Shown here one piece after another: positions 59,653 through 64,000 of a stretch of DNA of 64,000 nucleotides. Position numbers and translations under genes: made by a program. Source of the DNA: Bdellovibrionales bacterium (GTDB lineage: Bacteria > Bdellovibrionota > Bdellovibrionia > Bdellovibrionales > JAGQZY01); assembly GCA_964230645.1 (NCBI GenBank), contig CAXRHT010000001.1, positions 160,001 through 224,000 on the forward strand, read 5' to 3'. The stretch's first letter is position 1, and every line of letters begins with the position of its first letter. Under the pieces are notes generated by a model. It did no database searches and had not been told where the DNA came from. It saw only the letters and a list, made by a program, of their open reading frames with translations.

Positions 59653-60075
59653 TTAGTAATTTCTTATTAATTCAATTTTCTCGATCCTTAAATCTTCCTC
59701 CCCTTCTGACATCAGAACCTCATTGAGGCCCGGTTCTAGTTCTATCTTCCTATGTTCTGTTGTTAATTCTTGGGAGGGGTAGAGAAAAACCTCCTCCTCC
59801 TTGTTTTGATTTATTTCGAAATGAAATGGCACACCCAAGGTTCCCGTGGTTTTATAAAAAATGATCATCTCGTAAGTTCCTGGAGCCATTGTGCCGATGA
59901 CTGCCGAGAGCTGCTGCGGTTTCTCGGTTGTCGCTTGAAAATCTGAGGGCGTAAGGGTGCAGCCCTCATCACAGGCAAGAGCCTGAAAACCAGTTTCGTC
60001 ATGGTTGCTTTGAGCCACTGCAATTTCAACTATAGCTAAAGATAATAGAAAAATAAGGAAGCTTCGAAGTCCCAT
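59653..60075 (-). CDS. Hypothetical exported protein
   Basis: Signal peptide from ATG 60075 (MGLRSFLIFLLSLAIVEIAVA). Confidence 0.65.
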   Translation of the reverse strand: MGLRSFLIFLLSLAIVEIAVAQSNHDETGFQALACDEGCTLTPSDFQATTEKPQQLSAVIGTMAPGTYEMIIFYKTTGTLGVPFHFEINQNKEEEVFLYPSQELTTEHRKIELEPGLNEVLMSEGEEDLRIEKIELIRNY

Positions 60076-60233
60076 AGTCCACCCTTGAAAAAATAACCCA
60101 CAGACTTCTTTTGCAAAATAAATTCCATCTCTTCTCACTATGAATGGCTAATAGAGATGGTTATCTTGTCAAAAGATACAACGAGTGAATGTCTTGTATG
60201 CAATTTTCTCGGGCTGAGACAGTGAATGAAATT

Positions 60234-61355
60234 TCAGAGATTATCAAATATCTCTTGCGGCTCTTCATTGATCACCATATGCCCAGCACCTTCGACTTCG
60301 ACAAGGCGGGCATTGAGTCCACGATCCAGAAGAAGGTTAAAGAACTCCAATTCCATTTCTCGGGGCACAAGTTGATCATTTTCGCCAAGGATTAGTTGAA
60401 AATCAATTTGAGACGGTAAATCATCAACAACATCGCGACCGTCGAAAGAGCGAATTCCCTTTGTGATCTTAATGGCTGCTGCCACATGCTGTTCGATCAC
60501 ATAATTTCTTGTCTGGCGTCTTTCACGCCTTTGGCTGGATTCCTTAATATTTCGGATTGTGACTTCACTCAACTCTGGAACTCTTTGGTTAAGAAGCTTC
60601 TTAAAATGCTTGGTGTACATCTTAGTCATAAAAAGATCGGTCATAGGATCCGTAGTAAAAGCCTCCATACGGGCCTTGAATCGATCCGTGATAAAACTTT
60701 GCATCACTCTTAAAAAAGGTAGGCCTCCCATATAAAAAATCGTGTTCTCGGCCTTATAACCATCAATCCGATAAACATAGGGGGCAATCACAGTAAGTTT
60801 AGAGCTAATCAAGTTTTTCCCAAAAGGATGGGTGGCAATACTGGTTGCAATCCCTCCTCCATAAGAGTGGCCCGTTACTTGTGGGTTTCGTATGCCATAA
60901 TCTTGCCTCAATCGCTTAAGCACTTGAATTACATCAGACACGTTAAGACGATAATTATCTCTAGTATCAAGAAGCTTCATTCCCAACTGATAATCTTTAG
61001 CAAGTGTTCGAGCATGGCCATGAAGGTCTACTCGAATGACCCCTTCTCCATTTTCTAGAGCTTTTTTTGCAACAGCTTCCCAGCCAATATGGCTATCCAT
61101 TAAGCCGTGAATCAGGAAATGCCACTTTTTTGGCTCTTGACCATTTGGAGGTTTCTCGATCTTGACGAACATTGAGCGATTAAGACGTTTATGGGTTGTT
61201 ATATAGCCTTCAAATAAGACGTGCGAGGGGTTGCTGAATAGTTCCGAGCAAACAGGGGCCCCTTGAGATTGAGAACAAACGAGAATAAGAGAAAACAGAA
61301 AAATAAGATTCCGCATGACATTCTTAAATCGTTGCAAATGAGACTCCATCGTCAA
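60234..61355 (-). CDS. Exported alpha/beta hydrolase
   Basis: IHGL, DLHGHA, GHSYGG nucleophile elbow, GENDQLVP, GAGH. Confidence 0.9.
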   Translation of the reverse strand: MTMESHLQRFKNVMRNLIFLFSLILVCSQSQGAPVCSELFSNPSHVLFEGYITTHKRLNRSMFVKIEKPPNGQEPKKWHFLIHGLMDSHIGWEAVAKKALENGEGVIRVDLHGHARTLAKDYQLGMKLLDTRDNYRLNVSDVIQVLKRLRQDYGIRNPQVTGHSYGGGIATSIATHPFGKNLISSKLTVIAPYVYRIDGYKAENTIFYMGGLPFLRVMQSFITDRFKARMEAFTTDPMTDLFMTKMYTKHFKKLLNQRVPELSEVTIRNIKESSQRRERRQTRNYVIEQHVAAAIKITKGIRSFDGRDVVDDLPSQIDFQLILGENDQLVPREMELEFFNLLLDRGLNARLVEVEGAGHMVINEEPQEIFDNL

Positions 61356-61464
61356 TCCTCGTCAGTTACTTTTAAGCCCCACCCACGAATAAGCAATGAA
61401 AAATTTTTCAATCAGGACGCAAAGAATGTCATGGATTGAAAAAGCTTGCCTTCAAGATTTGGTT

Positions 61465-62364
61465 TTATTTTTTAATACTGCCGACCGCATCGTGAGCATG
61501 AAGACTCTCGTAATGGTGGGTTTTGACTTGAAAGTCCTTGAGAAAATCAAGCTGATTAAGACTATGCTTCATATTGCGAAGAGCGTCCTCAACAAACATG
61601 CTGTTCTCACCGTTAAGACGAGCAAATTCCTGCTCGTCTTCTCTTTTCACCGCACTTTGCACAGGGGTCTTTAGGCCTTCTTCCACAGCATCAATCATTT
61701 CTTTGATCGGGAAGTTTGTCACATTTTCTTTAAACTCGACAGTAATGTCCGCACGACTTCGCTGTGAATGAGGAGCTGCTATGCGAGACTCACCCAGCCA
61801 ATCAAAGACTTTTTTGAAGCTCATATTGTCTTCACAGAACTCCTTAGCAAAGGCTTTCTGATAGAGTTGCCGAGCCAAAGCCGCGGAACACGGACATGCG
61901 CTGGAATAAAAAAGAGAGAACTTCAATTCAAAACGGCATTGATCATCGGTCTGAACCGCTCTTAGCTCCACTGGATAATTTTTCCAGCCTTTATTATCAC
62001 TAAGAAGGGCCTTTCTTGAGAGGAGTTCATCCCATCTCAAAACAAGGAGGCTCGCGCTGGCTAGGCCCTTTTGAGACTCAACAAACTGATTGAGTAGTTT
62101 TTTGACCTGCTCCATCTCAAGGCTTTTATTCTCTAGGCCTTCATGAAGAGCGAGATAAAGGCGAGACATATGGATGCCTTTGGCCTCGGCTTTGGCTAAA
62201 TTAACAAAAATATCGGCTTGAGCAGAGACCTGGCGGTTCCCCTCGACTTGTACAGGAATATAAATATTCTCCATACCGACCCACTGCAGATCGCTTTCGA
62301 ACTGGGACTTTTCACTCAATGCCACGTCGGGCAATTCTCTTTTCTGATTTGGATCCATCAACAT
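61465..62364 (-). CDS. folE2: GTP cyclohydrolase IB
   Basis: LPDV, KGIHMSRLY, YSS.CPCSAAL, PHSQRS, VKR.DEQ.FA..NG.N.MF.EDA.R, ESLHAHDA. Confidence 0.95.
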   Translation of the reverse strand: MLMDPNQKRELPDVALSEKSQFESDLQWVGMENIYIPVQVEGNRQVSAQADIFVNLAKAEAKGIHMSRLYLALHEGLENKSLEMEQVKKLLNQFVESQKGLASASLLVLRWDELLSRKALLSDNKGWKNYPVELRAVQTDDQCRFELKFSLFYSSACPCSAALARQLYQKAFAKEFCEDNMSFKKVFDWLGESRIAAPHSQRSRADITVEFKENVTNFPIKEMIDAVEEGLKTPVQSAVKREDEQEFARLNGENSMFVEDALRNMKHSLNQLDFLKDFQVKTHHYESLHAHDAVGSIKK

Positions 62365-62533
62365 TCCTCGCTTTTAACAGAATTCCTTATAAAAACAATC
62401 CTCATTGCAAGAAATCCATAGGGTCTACAGGCTCTTAACGTCCCGCGTCTATTTTAAGAGCCACTGAAACGGGCTCTATATTGTGCCTCTTCTTAACAAA
62501 GGGCCCAATTGTGGGAAAGGCAAGCCTATGAGT

Positions 62534-62568
62534 AAAAAAAAAGGAAGTGTTTGTTCAACACTTCCTTT
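62534..62568 (-). terminator. Orphan intrinsic terminator in the divergent intergenic region
   Basis: Perfect 12-bp inverted repeat AAAGGAAGTGTT/AACACTTCCTTT with a T-run on the minus strand. Confidence 0.75.
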
Positions 62569-62745
62569 AAAACTAGCAACAAAGACCATCGTTATTGAGT
62601 TGGCAGAAATAAGTATGCCCATGTCGGGGAGTTCCAATCAAGAAAATCAGATCACGACGTGTGATATTAGGACCCCTGGTCTCTGGTCCAGGCCTCCAAG
62701 ATATAAGGTCTCAGGGCCTTAACCCTTTGATATACTTAGGATCTC

Positions 62746-63297
62746 ATGAACAAGATTGCACTTTCCCCTTTTTTAGCTTTTTTAAGTATTTTCTTCTTGT
62801 GCAGCCTAAGCCGCGCTCAGAGCAATACGACCACGAATACAAGTCAGAACACCACATTTTTAGGAGCAAAAACAGGCGCCCTCCTCCCCTCAGGAATAGA
62901 AGGGGTAAGGGAAACTCTCCCCATGTGGGGGTTGAAGTTTGGTCATGCGATCGGAGAGACCCTTTCACTGGAATACGATGTCGACGCCGCCAACGCCAAG
63001 GGTATCAATTATTATTTGGCCTATTTTAGTCTGCGCCATGATTTCACCATTGGTGATGCTCTTCCCCTATTTGCTTTGATCGGACTCGACGCCCACTACT
63101 TCAAAAGGAGAGACTCCTACGGGGAGATCACGGGGACACGCCGGGAGTATGATTTTCGCTTTTCCTCGGGTTGGCATTTAGGAGTTGGAACAGAAACAAA
63201 AGTATATGGAAACCTTTATGGCCGCGCTGATTTTCGCATGGGATTTAGTCCCGGCAGACAATTGGTGGTCACAATCGGAGGGGTTTACCGCTTCTAA
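62746..63297 (+). CDS. Outer membrane beta-barrel protein
   Basis: Signal peptide, alternating beta-strands, C-terminal GGVYRF. Confidence 0.85.
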   Translation: MNKIALSPFLAFLSIFFLCSLSRAQSNTTTNTSQNTTFLGAKTGALLPSGIEGVRETLPMWGLKFGHAIGETLSLEYDVDAANAKGINYYLAYFSLRHDFTIGDALPLFALIGLDAHYFKRRDSYGEITGTRREYDFRFSSGWHLGVGTETKVYGNLYGRADFRMGFSPGRQLVVTIGGVYRF

Positions 63298-63312
63298 AGA
63301 AAGGATATCTTC

Positions 63313-64000
63313 ATGAGAAAAATCCACTTAGTCCTTATTTCCATGGTGTTTGCATCTCTCGCGCAGGCCAATGTGGTTGGAGTGGACGCACAAAACTTCA
63401 ACCCCACGAGTAACGGGATTGATTTTGTCACCGTTCAGTCCTCTGAGACTCTTGAACCAGGGATTTTAAACCTTGGACTCTTTTTCAACTACGCCATCAA
63501 TACCCTTCCTAACTATCAAAACACCACAACACAAACCAGAGATGAACCTAAAGACCAACTGGTCTCAATGGATACAAGCATTGGACTAGGGCTTACAAAA
63601 AATTGGGACATTGGCTTTACCGTGCCTCAAGTGGTTTGGCAGGACGTGGATGAAAATTCGACGGTCTTTCGAGGTCAGTTTGAAAATACCGGAGTGACTG
63701 AGTACCGTATAAATACCAAGTATCGTTTTTTCGGAGATGCTAATGGCGGCTTAGCCACGATCCTTACCATGAACTATTATGCTATTGAAAATTACCCTTT
63801 TACTGGGATCGATCCGGGGCCTACTTTTAATTTTGAACTGGCCTATGACTTCACCATCGACAACTTTAACATTGGAACCAATGTGGGCTATCGCCTTCGC
63901 AACCCCGGCACCCCTGTGGCCGGAGTTCCAGTTGAACCCTGGCCCAATGAGTTCTTGATTTCCGTGGCAGGAAGTTATCTTGTCAGTAGCATTGATACCA
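63313..64000 (+). CDS. Outer membrane beta-barrel protein (possibly OmpA-linked), truncated by the window end
   Basis: Manual translation MRKIHLVLISMVFASLAQA-NVVGVDAQNFNPTSNGIDFVTVQSSETL... with amphipathic strands; absent from the ORF track. Confidence 0.75.
   Translation, partial: MRKIHLVLISMVFASLAQANVVGVDAQNFNPTSNGIDFVTVQSSETLEPGILNLGLFFNYAINTLPNYQNTTTQTRDEPKDQLVSMDTSIGLGLTKNWDIGFTVPQVVWQDVDENSTVFRGQFENTGVTEYRINTKYRFFGDANGGLATILTMNYYAIENYPFTGIDPGPTFNFELAYDFTIDNFNIGTNVGYRLRNPGTPVAGVPVEPWPNEFLISVAGSYLVSSIDT

Noticed and set aside
62483..63029. Short ORFs in the folE2/OMP intergenic region
   Set aside because: No motifs; they overlap a terminator hairpin or the better-supported beta-barrel gene.

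Overview
A 64-kb bacterial chromosome segment of moderate GC. It is probably from a Bdellovibrionota-like predator; this is an inference from gene order, many orphan secreted proteins and sigma28-type promoters. Core genes include an overlapping iscS-mnmA-mtaB-rnc-era-der operon ending in a degenerate NSS-type transporter, and a long operon running START-like, PilZ, thioesterase, glpX, tilS, ftsH, followed by glmM-tsaE. Also present are pgsA, trpS, class Ia nrdAB with tandem NrdR boxes, folE2 and tRNA-Gly(GCC). Accessory content includes an amidoligase/glutamine-amidotransferase/VTT operon, a NADAR lipoprotein, a GNAT-nitrilase fusion, SulP, a haloperoxidase-like protein, and secreted hydrolase-like proteins after the tRNA. 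The most striking locus is a type-I-secretion-like module. There an ABC transmembrane domain is fused in frame to an HlyD adaptor with no ATPase domain, is translationally coupled to TolC, and is divergent from a winged-helix regulator with a palindromic operator. No CRISPR array, integrase or transposase was seen. Family calls come from motif recognition by eye, not database searches.
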